Positions 29,393 to 42,400 of a stretch of 64,000 nucleotides of DNA are shown piece after piece. Each line of letters starts with the position of its first letter. Within the stretch, counting starts at the first letter, position 1. The stretch is taken from positions 67,270,001 to 67,334,000 of the forward strand of contig NC_045705.1 in assembly GCF_009834535.1 (NCBI RefSeq), read 5' to 3'. The notes beneath the pieces were generated by a model that was not told the origin of the DNA, ran no database searches, and was given only the letters and a program-made list of their open reading frames with translations. The stretch comes from Camelus ferus. Taxonomy: Eukaryota. The position numbers and the translations under genes are program-made.

Positions 29393-32300
29393 TCACTCTT
29401 CGCTGTCCAACTTGAGGCTGATGCTTCGGGCCTTGCCCCGAGCCAGGGTGGTGGGCGGCGTCCCTGGGCCCTCCCGCTCCGCCTGGCTGGGGCCCCTTGA
29501 GCGAAGCAGCTGGCTCTGTTTTCGGAGGAAGTCCACAGGGCCAGCCCCGCCATAGCTGCTCTTGGCCAGGGTGGCCCTCGATGATCCCGCGGGGGCATGA
29601 GGGTGGGAGCTTGCCTCCAGCTGGCCCAGGTGGGCCACATAGCCATCTGACAGGAACTGTGGGCAGAGGTGGTCCAGGATGAAGGGATGGCCAGTCTCAG
29701 GCCCATAAGCTGCCCTCACCTGTCCTTCCCAGGCTCCTGGGAGTGCTAGCTGTATTGCAGAGCTGGTATAGTCTGCCCAGCCCCAGGCTGGGAGGCAGGG
29801 CACCCTGGCTTTACTTCTAGCTCTGCCCCTCTCTGGGCCTCATCTTGAGTTTCCTCATCTGTGAAATGGTTTCTTGAGGGGAAATAACAGCAGCTAACGT
29901 TTAGCAAGCACTTGCTTTCTTGATGTGCAGCAAATCACGTGATCTTCAGGATAGCTGTTGAAGTCTGTGCCATTTTATCATTTCCATTTCACAGACAGGA
30001 AATTAAGGTACAGAAAGGTCAAGGCCTATGCCTAGGGCCATGCCAGAGTGGAACCAGCACTCAAGGTCTTGAGCCTTCGCACAGCCAGCCCCCTCAGGTG
30101 CTTGTTAACGCACAGGTGGTCCTTATGGCCCAGACCCAGGCTCCCACTCCCTGGCTGCCTTGCAGTCCCCACCTTCACTTTGTCCTCACCTGGCACTGCG
30201 CCTGCAGTTTCCGCACGGCGCGGCCCACAATGTAGGTCTGGCTTGGGGGCAGGCCCAGCGCTGCGTATACTGCCACGTCTTTGGGGGACCCGTAGCCGGC
30301 CACGATGTTCAGTTCCACCTGTGGCCAGAGAGGCCAGTCAGCAGCCCCGGGGGGGTGGAGTCACAAGGCTGGGGGTGGGGGCTGATGGGTGTCTGGGTTC
30401 AGATTGTTTCAGATAGGGTTATATAGTCTACCTCACCAGGCCCCAGCTCGAGGAGGGACTGGTTGGACCTCCCTAGTTGGCCCTAAGGATAAGGGGCCTC
30501 TAGGTCCACAAGGGAACTATAGGAGCCCTTCCATTCTGTTAGGTCTGATCTGGGGGTGATGGCATTAGGACCAAATGGACCTCCCCGTCCCACAGCCTGG
30601 GGAGGGAACCTTCCCAGCTGCAGCACCTCCTGCACCAGGCTTTGCAGAAACATCGCCTTCTGGCGCAGTGGATCATGGGTAAGGCCGTCGCAGAAGGAGA
30701 CAACGCCGTGGGGAAAGTTGTGCTGTGACAGCCAGGCCACCACACGGTGCTTCTGCATATCGGGCCGACCGGTTACGTACACAATCAGGTAGCCAGTGTC
30801 CTGCCAGTGCCTGCGGGGTGGGGCGGCCGTCAGCTCCTACCTGCTTAACTCTGTGCACTGGGGGTAGGGGCTAGTCACCGCAGTGAGCTGGGAGGTGGCT
30901 GCTCCTACCTGACCACGTCCACAGCTCCAGCGCGCACCTTGGGGTCGCTGCCCATGATGGAGACGCTGGCGGTGAAGGAGCCGTCGATGCTAAAGACCAC
31001 GGCCTCAGTGCCACGCGCCACCACCGTCAGGCAGCACTCTGCATATGTGTGGTCGCCCCTAAGGCGCGTGGGCCTCGTGAGTGACATGGGGGCGGGGCCC
31101 AGAGGAGCCCCTCCCCGCAGTGGCCCGCCCCACCCCCGCGCTCACCTGACCACCATGCGCACCGGGTAAACGCCGATGCCCAGTGCACGCTCTTGGGGCA
31201 CTGGGAAGGTGAGGCGGCCCGAGCTGTTGGTGACCTCAGTGCCAAAGTGGATCCACTTGCCCGAAAGCGGCTGCGTCATGATGTAGACATCCACCTAGCG
31301 GGGAGAGGGTCCCCTTGACGCTAAGTGGAGGAGGGCCGAGGCAGGCCTATTCTAGGGGGTGGATGGGTTTTGGGGCTCAAGCTGGTGGGACCAGGAGCTA
31401 TTCAGGGGACGGGAGGCGGGACCGGGAGCTCCCGCTTGGGGCAAGGTTAGTCTGAGGGGGGCCGGTCTACCCGGAGCCAAGGCCACTGTGTCCTGACCTT
31501 CTCTCCGGTGAGTGTGACCACGTCCAAGGGCCCGTACATGAAGCGCCCGTTCAGCACCTGGGGGCGGCCCTCGCACACCACCGTATCGCTCGCCCGGTGG
31601 TTGGAAGTGACGTTCTGGCAGGAAGAGACAGAGTGAGCCCACAGCAAGGAGATGACAGGGATGCGGGAAGAGCTGTTGGTAGGGACCAATGCCAAGACAG
31701 TAGGGCGTGGCCTGGAGGAGGTGAGGACGCTGCGAGAGGGGCGAGGCCTGAGGGGTGGGCGCTTTTGCTGACCTCTTTCTGAGGTCGTGAGGGCTTCTGC
31801 GTGGACTGCGGTTCTGAAGGGGTAGAGTCATGACAGGGTGGGGTGCAGAGGGTGAGGCAGGGTGAGGGCCAATCCGAGACCTGACTTGGCGGAGGGAGGA
31901 GGGGAGACCAGTGGTGCCCATGGGCTGGGCTGAGGAGATGGGGCCAGGGCCACAGTGGGTGGAATGGCAACCAGGAAAGTCTTGAGGGGCGTGGGGATGT
32001 GGCCTCGCTCTTGAGGGTGGGAGGGGAAGGGTTCATACTCGGATCTTGACTTGGGTGCGTTTGCGCTGCCACTTCTCCCTGGGGAAGGCCGGGCTGTAGA
32101 TGGATGGCTCCTCATACTCTGTTAGCTGTGGCCGCTCCTTCTCGATCACCTGTGCAGGATGGGACCCAGCGAGGCCATGTGAAGTGGGGAAGGGTGCCTG
32201 GGACTGCCTCTCCCCCAGCCCACGGGACCCTATCCTTGTCCAGTTCCCTCTCCCACCCAGTATCCCTAGGCCCACCTGGCGCAGGATGAAGGCCACCACA

Positions 32301-35300
32301 TCCGCTGACTCCCAATAGCTGGCGTGGAAGAGGTGGGGCAGCGTGACGGTGGGGAAGGCGGTGAGCGCCTCAGGGCAGTAGAGCGAGTAGTCAATCCGCT
32401 TGGTCCCCCACCAGCGCTCGAGGACTGTACAGCCACGGTGGGCAGTGAGTCGGGGTGGCTTCCCACCCCGTGCACACCTGTCTGGCCCCTAGTGCTCTTC
32501 CCTCCCTCTTTTCCACCAAGCCTGCTCTTTGCCGAGTCCGGAGTTGGGTGCTGGGGCCCCCTCCTTTCAGAACAAATGCTGGGGGCAGGGGTGTTTCCAC
32601 TGGGCGTTAGAGGTGGAATGTTTCCCCTCCCTGGGCCAAGTGGCTGGCTGACTTACTCTTAACCACCTCACTGGTGGTGCTGGGGGCAGCTGGCTGGACT
32701 GGCGGATCATTGCCTAGCTCACTGCCCTTCCAGAAGGCACCGCTGGCAGAGGTGGGTGTTGAGGGCACCAACATCTCCAGCTCCTCCAGAAAGAGGCCTG
32801 AGTGGGTCTGCAGAGTGTCAGCTGGGGGTGGAGGGGCAACCTCAGTGGCAGACTGGGCCAGGCTGCCCTCCTGTCTTCTGACCCAAGGTTCCAGGACAGC
32901 TTGGCCCCTACACCTCCACCACCTTCCCTGCCAGCCCTCCCCAAGCCTGAACTGCCCGCTACCTGGGTGGAAGTGGAGGGGGGCATTCTCTCCTCTTAGC
33001 CCACTCCAACAGCCAGCCAGAATGCCTGCCATCACCACCCCAGTGCAGGCCCACTTGCCTCATGGGGCCAAATGGGTACTCATTTGCATGCATGAGTACA
33101 CACCCCACACCAACACACAAACACCAGTGCAGATGGAGCCACAGTGCATCCCGATACACAGACAGAGCCACACCCCAGCTTCCGTGGTGGGCGGCCACTC
33201 TCAGGGTCACCCTGCCTCCTCTCTCTAGCCCAGTCATCACCACTGCCCCCCAACTTCTGGGTAGAGAATGTTAGAGGGTCTTGGGGATCCAGACTGCCCA
33301 AGGGGCCAGGGGAGGGCTTCCTGGTCCTGGGAGTGGTGACATGAGATGGTACTAACAATGTGGGAACTACCTCATGTCTTCTTGGCTAAGGGGGCCCATC
33401 CCCACCCCCACCCCCACAGTTGGTGCCCTCCTCCTTCTCCCCTTTATTTTGTTTGGGGGCATACCCAGCAGCAGGGATGAGCCGTCTCCCAGGGGGAACT
33501 TCTGGTAGCGAGGCACAGCCAGTGGGGCGATGGCCTGGAACTTGGGGGCCAGCAAGGGCTCAAGGCGGGAAGCACAGGGGTCAGCCGCGTGGAAGAGGTT
33601 GTAGATCTGCTCACAGGCTGGGCGCATCTGGGCCACTGGTACCCACAAGATAAAGGGGGGGGGTTCAGCTGGGCATTTGGGAGGGGGTGTGGGAAGCAGC
33701 ACCCTGACATGCTGTGTGATCCTGAACCAGCACTTCCCAGACTGTACTCCCTGGGAGGTTACTGGGGTCCTGCTTAGAGTGAGACAGTTCTCTTGTCTAA
33801 AAAGAGATCAGAGCCTTCAATTTACTGATATGATTCAGGATGAAGCATTTCCCATGCCTGTTGGACCCTTTCTCATGAAGAGTATCTGTGGGTATGAGTT
33901 CCTCTTGGTGCCCTTTGGGGAACTTGGCCTTGGCAGGTCCCTTCTTTCTGGGCCTCAGGTTCCCCCTCTCTAGCCAGACCACTTAATTTGTACAGTGGAG
34001 AATGGCATTAACACCCACATTTCAGGTGAGATAAAAATTGGAGGAGAAGGGGAAAGAGTGGACGAAGGTGTGGGCTCACCCTCCAAGGCAGGCATCACGG
34101 TTTTGCGCAGAGCCAGCACCAGGCCCAGCGGAGAGCCAAAGAGGAAGAAGCTGGAGACCTTAAAGTCGAGGCGAGCAGCACTAGTGGGACCATCAGGAGC
34201 CTCAGAGGTGGCGGCAGCAGATGGGCAGGAGGCTGTGCTAGCCCGCCTGGGCTCTCCAGAGGTGGTTGGGGCAGCCGTCTGCAGGCTGTGGGGCAGGTGG
34301 GGTGTTCAGTGCTGCTGCCTCCACAGCCCAGCACAAGTCCAGTGTGGGGGTGATGGGGCAGGAACGTCACCTGTTCTGAGGGCCCTCGGGCTCAGGGCTG
34401 GCCATGTCATTGGGGGCGCGCTGTGTGGGCAGGGCCGAGGGTTCTGGGCTGGCCCGGCCCAGCCCCTCCACCCCATCTGCCAGGGGATCCCGCACTGGGC
34501 CGACCTCTGGGGAGAGCAGCTCATTGTTCTAGATGGAATAGGGGACAGAAACATCCTTAGGACTGGAGACAATTGATTTCTACTTATGAGAAACTGAGGA
34601 AAGAGGCTTGAGGGTTGGGCAGGGACTCAAACCAAGCAGGCCAGTGAGCCCCAGAGGGGATGGAAAGAGGCAGCAGGGGACAGGCGTGAGAGAGGTCATA
34701 TTCCCAGGGCAGAGACCTAGAGCTGGAGAGACATCCCCTCCTGAGGAGATGGGGTCCAGCCACACTGACCATGCTTCCTCGGCGGCTGCTGCCCCGGCTC
34801 CCAGGGCCCGCGCCGGCACTGTGGCAGAGCGCGTCAAAGCCCAGGATTCCTCCGACGCCATCTCCGATCAGCACCACCTGGGTGAGAGGCCAGTGCCATC
34901 AGAGGCGGGCGGACGGTGGGCTCCAGTGGCAGGCTCCCCAAGAACATCCCTAACTCCTGACCTGCCCACAGAAGCCGGCGCCCTCAGACGAGCGCAGGAA
35001 AGCGGTGTAGGCCTGGTTGGTGCGGGCGATGACAGTGGCCACAGCGCCCTGGTATCGGGAGGATGAGGTGGCCAGCAGCGGCAGGGCAGCCAGTGGAATG
35101 TGGTCCTGGGAGCGAGACAGGCTGTCGCCGTCATGACTGTAGGGGCTCAGGCTGTAGGAGGAGTGGGTATAATGGGTTGCGGGGGGCCTCCAGGCCCACC
35201 ACTGCCCCTTCTAAGTCCCCTTGGCCTGTTGGCAAGTCCCAGCACTGTGGGGCCTTTGTGGAGAAGACAGTCAGTATCCAAGAGGCCTTTATGATGGAGC

Positions 35301-38300
35301 CACTGACTAGAAACTGAGGTCCAGCTGGGTGTGTGACTGGCCTAGGTGTCTGGCTTCCTGGCCTCCTCCCCTTCCCCCCATGGGGCCTCTCTGGTCCCAG
35401 GAGCCCCCAAGTGGCTCTCCACACTTTGGGGACCCTGTGTGTCCCCCACCCTTCCACCCCGACAAGTACTTGGAGACAAGGGCATAGGCAGCGGCACAGA
35501 TGGGTGGGCAGGGCACCAGGCGCAGCGCCACGTGGCCCAGGGCCTCAGGGAAGTGGATTCGGGTGACAGCCTCGAAGGCCAGGCTCAGCGTCTGCACATC
35601 CGCCTGCTTGGAGTTGGTGTCTCCAGGACCCGAGTCTAGGATGTTGCCACTGTGCAGGATGAGGAAGAGGGCGTGGACTGCGCATGTCTCAGCCCCCAGA
35701 TCCCCCGTTCCATCTGGGCCCTGCGGGGCACAATGGGGTGCCAGGGGTGTCAGAGCAGTGGCCCGGCCGGCTGGTGGGCGGAACTGCGATGTGGGGTGGC
35801 CAACCATACTCACTTCTGAGTCCCTGGGTGCTCGGGCCCCATCCCCAATGTCTTTGGTGGCCTCAGTTCCAGGGTCTGTAGGATGGGGAAAGCCAGTGTA
35901 GGAGACTGAGGGGTTTGTGGGGATCCCCTCATCTGGTACTTCAGGTACCCTTGCTCTGCTGTCTGCCTGAGCACCCCCCATCTGCTCCCCATCTTCCTCT
36001 GACCTCCTCTCACCCGACTCTCCCAGGTCACTTCACGTTTCTGGGCCTTTGCACATGCTGCTGACAGAGATGCCTTTCCCCACAATGCCTGTTTGCCTGG
36101 AAAATTCCTTCTAATCCTGCCCTGTCCAATATGGTAGCCACTAGCCACACGTGCCTATTCAAATTGAAATGAATTAAAATACAAAATTCAGTTCCTCAGT
36201 CACACTAGCCACATTTCAAGTGCTTGACAGCCACATGTGGCTAGTGGCTAGATCATTTTCATCATCACAGAAAGTTCTTTTGAACAGAGCTGGTCCAATC
36301 CTTCAAAATCCAGTTTAGACATCACCTCCCACTTGAAGCCTTCCTGAACTCTAAATTTAACTCCAATCTTCATGCTGTGTCTGAACCTTGACTACACTCC
36401 AATCATCAACCATCTATCAATCCATCCATCCATCCATCCACCCATTATCCACCTGTGTATTTAAGGAGCACCGTTTCTGGATTTACATTCATTTTAGGAC
36501 CCCATTAATTTTCAGAATGAGCTGTTCTCCAAGTCCCCACTGCATACGAGGTGCTGGTGGCTGGCAACCCAATGTGGGATCTTTACCTGGTGCCCCCTCA
36601 GCCTCCATGGGGGAGGCAAAGGCGTCAATGAAGTCATTGGAGTTCCACTTGGTCATCTCCTTGGGGAAGACCTCATCACTGTCCGAGAAGCCTTCTGAAG
36701 GGACAAGGGCCTGTGTTATGGGGTGGTTGGAGCTTCTTAGGGACCCCCACACCCCAAAGGGCTGTGATGCTGACCATGGGCGTCAAAGAACTCCTCTTCA
36801 GAGCTGTTCTCAGAGTCTCGGGCAATGTTCTGCATGCGCCACTCGGACAAACTCTGGGGAGACACGCCCCCTGCAGGGCCATATCGGCCTTAGCCTGGGA
36901 GTCCAGCTTGAGGGTCACTCCCTCCCATCCCTATGCCCCAACCATACCTCCATGCTGGGATGAGTAGGAGGAACGGGAGGATGAGGACCACTGCTTGCTG
37001 AAGCTGGCATCTGGTGAGGCATCAGGGCCTGGGGGGACCTCAGGCCCATCGGGGGTGCCAGCATGGCTGGCCCCAGCCCGGGCCTCACTGCTTGGCTTCC
37101 CTGGGGGCTGGGCCTCAGGCCCCTCACTGCCTGTGTTGCACTTGGCCATGCGCTGTGCCAGCATGCGGGCGGTCTCATCCTCCAGTGCCCGGATGTCAGC
37201 CATGCTCAGCTCTGTCCATTCATCCTGCCAGCACCAGGCCTGGCGGTGGGCCCGCAGCATCACCCGACGCAGACCTGTAGATGCCCAGGCATCAAAACCA
37301 CCCTCACCCCCAATCCTGAGTTTTCCTGCCGCTGCAGCCACATGCCCAGCCCTTGAGTTCGGGTAATGGCTCCCCTGGGCACACCACCCACCCAGAGCAA
37401 AGTAGGGCAGGGCAAGTGCGGTCCAGGAGATGGGAGTGGAAACTGGGGCATGTGTCTTCTTGCCCCACCTCCCTCCCTGCCCACTGCCTCTTTTATCCCT
37501 CTGGACACGCCAACTCTGAGCACTGAGCCCACCCAGCACCCCGGGAAGCTGGGACAAATGTGTGTTCTTGATCTCTTTCAGCTGGCTTCCTGCTGACTTC
37601 TTCAGAGACGTTAACAATTAAGGCGTTAACAGTTAATGAAATTGTTGATGGTTAATGAAGGTGTTAATAGTTAATGGAAGCGTTGGCACTTAACAAAGGT
37701 TGTAGCAAAACATGATAGCCATTCTGGGATATTTTCATCTTAAGCAGAGAAATAAAGTTAGAAATTTCAATATCTAGGAATTAAAGTAATAATGATTGAC
37801 TTATAATTATAAACTTCTGGAAGGAAATATATCAGAATCTTAATAGTGGTTATACATGGGTGAATTTCATTTTGTTATTTCTGCTTCTTGGCATTTTTCC
37901 AAATGTAAGACGAGGAGTCTGTATCACTCCCTAAGCTAATTTCTTCATCTGTAAAATGGGAATACTAGTCCTTACCTTGAGGGGTGTTGTGGGTGTTAAA
38001 GTAGATTTTGCATGAAAAGTGATTAGCAGAGGATTTGGCATGTTGTAATCAATATTAGCTTTTAACATCTGGCCCAACCTCTTCCTCATTTACAGAAGGG
38101 AAAATTAAGGTGCAGAGATGGGAAGTGTCTCACTAGAGGTTCTGTGAGTCTGTGGTGGAATTGAACCCAGGTCCCTGGATACCCCCATCCTTCTACATGC
38201 AGGTAGCCCACCCTCAGACCTGGGATAAGCTGTTGGGTTAGTTTTAGGGGGTGTGAAACAGGGCCTTCTGATAACAGGGCCAGAGGATGGGGCTTGGAGC

Positions 38301-41091
38301 TAGGGGTGGGAGGGACTCCCGAGAGAATGACAGAGTCACAGCTTTGGCCTACACTCCTTAGCATGCCCGTTAGAGCTAGTGACCCTCCTGAGGGTCTCTA
38401 AGCCTCACTTGACCCACAGAATACTGGAGAGGCTTAGAATCTTAATGGATGAGAAGCAGCATCTCTGAATTTCAGACATCATATCTCCAGCTTCTTGCTC
38501 TCCTGACTCTTACCCATACCTCACGGCTAGGTTCCCCCAACCCCTGGCTAGGCAGCACTGCTCCCCTGTGCCTCAGCACTCACCACATCAAATGGAAGCA
38601 ATGGCTTTATGTTTGTGTCCCCAGTGGACTGGGAGCATCCCTGGCTCAAACAAGGGCCCGGTGCATGCTAGGTAAATGGAATCTCCTGTGGCTGGGTGCT
38701 CACCAACATCGTGGATGAACTGTTCAATCTTGGCCTGCATGCCCCAGTAGCGGAACTCAACCTTGCACAGCTTATAGGCGCACATGAGGGGCCCCGTCTG
38801 GGCTGCTGTGCGTGCCCAATCGTCAGTCAGCGGTCCTCGGCCCGTCTTGGCCGAGCGGTACAGCCGGGGGTCCTCTTCTGCTTTGTACTCGCCTGGGGCC
38901 ACTGCATCCCGCACAATGTCGATAGTATCTGAGGGGGTTCCAGCAGCACTGAGCAATACCAGCCCCCTCCAGCCCCTGCCACCCCTTCCCCACTTAGGGA
39001 TCGGGAGGGCAGATTTTCATGCACAGGAACCGAGGCCCAGGAGAGCCTGAGACTTGTCAGAGGCTGCCTGTCAAGGGGGCAGGTGGCCTGAGAGGGGCTC
39101 CAGGTCCCCCACTGGCTCTAGGCCTCACCGAGGATGCGCTGTCTCCTCTCAGCCCCACTCAGGTTGAAGACATTCGGCTGCTGCCCCCCATCAGGCAGGT
39201 AATAGGTCTCTATTTCAATGGAGAATTTCTCCACAAAGGGGCAGGTGTACCTAGGCAGAGGGCAGGGGTGAGGGTTATTACTGTGCCCACCAGGGCTGTT
39301 CCCCTCATGGCCCCAGGCCTGCCCCACCCACTCACCGGGTTCGGGTGTAGGGATAAGCATTCCAGGATTCCTCCTCCACCTGCAGGGCAGCCTTGGGCAG
39401 CAGCGCCCGGAACCAGCCTGGGATGTGGGAGCCCACGTGGTACACCTTGTGCGTGTATTGCCCACTGCCGCCGGGCCCATCTGTGTAGGGCCGGTTGGCC
39501 AAGATCTCCACGCCACTGCCCTCGCCACTTGACTCCTCTCGGCTCTTTTTCTGCAGTCCAGGGCAGAACAAAATGAGCAGCTCAGCTCCAGCTCAGCTCT
39601 CGGGATGGGATCCCCAGCTAGGCCTGGCCCCCTGTGCAGCTCTGAGGCCCTAGTCCCAGCCTTTCTAACTCTTGGAAACCCTACCCTGGTCCCTGGTAGC
39701 TCCTGGGGTCAGGAGTCCAGTCCCCTAAGGGGTTCTGCAAGCCAGTGTTTATTCAGTCATTCAAGTAATTGTCATCTGCTCTATTCTGGGCATTATCTGG
39801 GATTATATTAATTGGGATCTGTTAATGTACAGAACAAAGGCCCCTGCCTGCCCTTGTGGAACTTACATTCTAGTGGAGGGAGACAGATAACAGAAAAAAA
39901 AGGAAATTATGTGGTATGTTAGAAGGTGGTAAGAGCTATGGTAAAAAGAAAGCACACAACAGTGTAAGAGGGATAGAGTTGGGGGTTGCAGTTTCCATAG
40001 GATGGTCAGGGAAGCCCTCATTGAGAAGATAACATGACCTTGATTTGAATATGTCTTGGGAAGAGGGAGAGTGCTGAGCAGATGTGAGGTGGGGGAAGTA
40101 TTCAAGGCAGAGGGGAAGCCAGTGTAAGCTCCTGAGATGGGAACATGCTGCATGTGCTCCTAGCAAGGGGGCCCAGGGTGGGTGGGCTGGAAGAATCAAG
40201 GAGAGTAAAGGGGGTCCCCACCTTTCTAGGACCCCAAAACCAATGCCTACCCCATCCCTCATAGTTAGCACTCAAGTCCTGCCCTTATGTGGCTCTGGAG
40301 CTTGAACTTGGCCCACTCAACCCCCCTAAGACCAGATCCCAGCCCTCTTGCCTGCTCAGACTCTGGCCCCCATTTCTGGGGAGCACATCTGGAATAGGTC
40401 TCTCCTCTCTGCTCCTGAGAGCCTGCCCTGCTCATTCTCACAGCCCAAGCCCAGACCCATACCCCCTTCCTCTTAGCCCAGACCTCACCCTCCGGGGTCT
40501 GCCTGCCCCTCTCCATCACAGTTTTGGGGCCTGATCCTCATCCCACGTCCCTGACTGCCTGAGATTGCCAGGATCCTTCACGATCTGGGATCCCCCTCCC
40601 AGTCTTTCTCTCCCATCTGGGACCCCTCCTCACTTTCTGCCTCCCACTCCTGCCGCCTTGTGCACGCCTTTCCTTACCCTCAAAGGATTACAGATTCTGA
40701 GGATTAAAGGAGATCAGATGTGGGCTGAGCATAAAGCAGGAGCTGGGCACTTAGAGGGTGGGGAGGTACCACTAGGCCCTTCTGCCCCTTTTCCCACAGC
40801 CCTTAACCACCACCACCCCCGCTCCTACATCCAACTGGGGAACCTCTCTCTCCTCCTCCAGCCTCTGAGCCCATCCAAGCCCCGGAGCTGGACTGGACGG
40901 GGGATAAGCTGGGCCCGGCCCCCCTTGTCCCAGGTGTAGCCTGCGAGCTCCTGAGGTTACCCTACCATGAAGCGTGGCCTCCCCCTTGGTCTCCCTTTTC
41001 TCACTGGCCTCACCTGGATCATGTAGAGCTGAGCCACCTGGTACTCGTCGAGGCTCATGGGCAGCAGAATGTGGTACTCCTTGATGAGCAT
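29393..41091 (-). CDS. PITPNM1: Membrane-associated phosphatidylinositol transfer protein 1 (Nir2/RdgB-alpha), 1244 aa
   Basis: Coding exons 41014-41091, 39336-39550, 39129-39250, 38704-38928, 36948-37274, 36775-36870, 36587-36694, 35814-35875, 35470-35720, 34962-35151, 34770-34877, 34371-34528, 34080-34285, 33465-33635, 32657-32821, 32276-32424, 32039-32149, 31498-31614, 31146-31294, 30909-31058, 30627-30810, 30190-30318, 29393-29656 (3735 nt). PITP domain [16 protein letters not shown] motif EFFDAHE (last codon split across an exon junction), DDHD and LNS2 regions, ends LDSEE. Confidence 0.96.
36119..36292. mobile_element. MER3/MER33-like hAT-Charlie MITE with internal inverted repeat
   Basis: TGTCCAATATGGTAGCCACTAGCCACA ... 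CCACATGTGGCTAGTGGCTA. Confidence 0.75.
37900..38200. mobile_element. Two adjacent MIR relics
   Basis: TTCATCTGTAAAATGGGAATACTAG and CCTCATTTACAGAAGGGAAAATTAAGG cores. Confidence 0.55.
39740..40200. mobile_element. L2 LINE fragment
   Basis: ATTCAGTCATTCAAG..., GGAACTTACATTCTAGTGGAGGGAGACAG..., GGTCAGGGAAGCCCTC. Confidence 0.65.
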
Positions 41092-42400
41092 CCTGAAGAC
41101 GCTCCGCCGGCCGCGCGCGGCCTCGGCTCCGCCTGGCGCAGGGCACCGCGCGGCTGTCAGTGCGGGGCGGCGGCGCGCGGCCCCGAGCCCTGGCCGCCGG
41201 CCGAGGGGCTCGGACCGCGGGACCCCATGCCCGGCCACTCCACCGGGGAGGCGGAGGCCAGCCCAGCAGTGCAGCCAGCGCCGCGGGGGGCCAGGAGCCG
41301 CGGCGAGGCTGAGCGCTGACCTCTTTTCCACGCAGCCCCCGCCCCCCGCCCGCCCATCGCCATGGCAACCGCGCGCTGACGCGGGCCCCCCCGGAGCGGC
41401 GGGCGCTGGCCGGCGGGCTAGTGGGCCAACCTGGCCTCTACGGCCGCCGCAGTCTCCTAAGCCCCCTCAGAACAGCATCTCTTGGGGACCCGCCCTCAGC
41501 AGCCCCCGGGCCCCTCCTTCCGGGCCGGCCTTCCACAACGGGCCCCTCGGGGCCCGCCCCCTGCATCCCTTTCCCCAAGTTGATGTGGTCCGTTGTCCCC
41601 CACTCATGGACGTCTACTTAGAACCTTGTCCCCCAGGATGTCTCTCCGCAGAGCAGCCCGGTGAGCCCCTCCTGTCAGCGTACTGTCAATGTTCCCCACC
41701 CCCCGCACCCAAACCCACCTTCTAGGAGCGGATAACTAACACCTCCGCCCCCTAGACCTGCCTTCCCCACCCAGGCCGGTAGCCCAGCCCTCAACTTTCG
41801 CCTTCCCAGCATCCTCCCTGGACCCTCGGCACTCGTCTTTGCAGCCACCCCATCATCCTTCCTGGGGGCTGACCCCTCTTCAGGGTGAGGCAAAAGTATC
41901 CCACGAAGCCCCTGTCCTAAGGGACCCGCTCCGACCACTTGCTCCTCAGTTTCGCTCCAGCCTCCACCCCCACCTCTTACCCAGCGAGCAGTGTAGCGGC
42001 CCCGCTGTCCCCACTTCCCTCTGCTCCCCGGAGCCCCGGCCCCCCGCCGTGCTCTTGGCCCGCCCGATAACGTCCCGGCTCACCTCTAGTTTACAGCGGA
42101 GGCCCCTCACCCGGTACGGACAGGGGCGGACCGGCTGTGGGTCGGGGCCCGGAGCGCCCCCAGCCCCAGCCTTGGCTTCCAGCAGTAGCCGGACCCTCTA
42201 GAGAAGCAGCGCGGGCCCATGGCCCCGACCTTCCTCCCGGTCTGCCCGCCGGCTCCCCTGCCCTCCCTCCCCACCGCCCGCCGCGTCACTGCAGCCGCCC
42301 CGCCCCCTTCCTGGGCCCGGCTAGCCCTCCCCACCCCTGCGGGGTCCGGGCAGCCCCGCCCGCGGCGGAGGAGGGCGGCCCGTCTTCCTTCCCCAAGGCG
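41000..42400. promoter_or_regulatory. CpG island promoter and candidate alternative first exons of PITPNM1
   Basis: CpG-dense. Minus-strand donors AG|GTCAGC (exon end 41321) and AG|GTGAGC (exon end 42084), and acceptor CTGACAG| at 41153. Confidence 0.65.

Noticed and set aside
36119-36292. Long inverted repeat or hairpin as a possible ncRNA
   Set aside because: Explained by the MER3/MER33 MITE palindrome.
41057-41725. 222-aa + strand ORF and similar Pro/Arg/Ala-rich ORFs in CpG islands (for example 45284-45832)
   Set aside because: Stop-poor GC-rich DNA, with no domain signature or credible start context.
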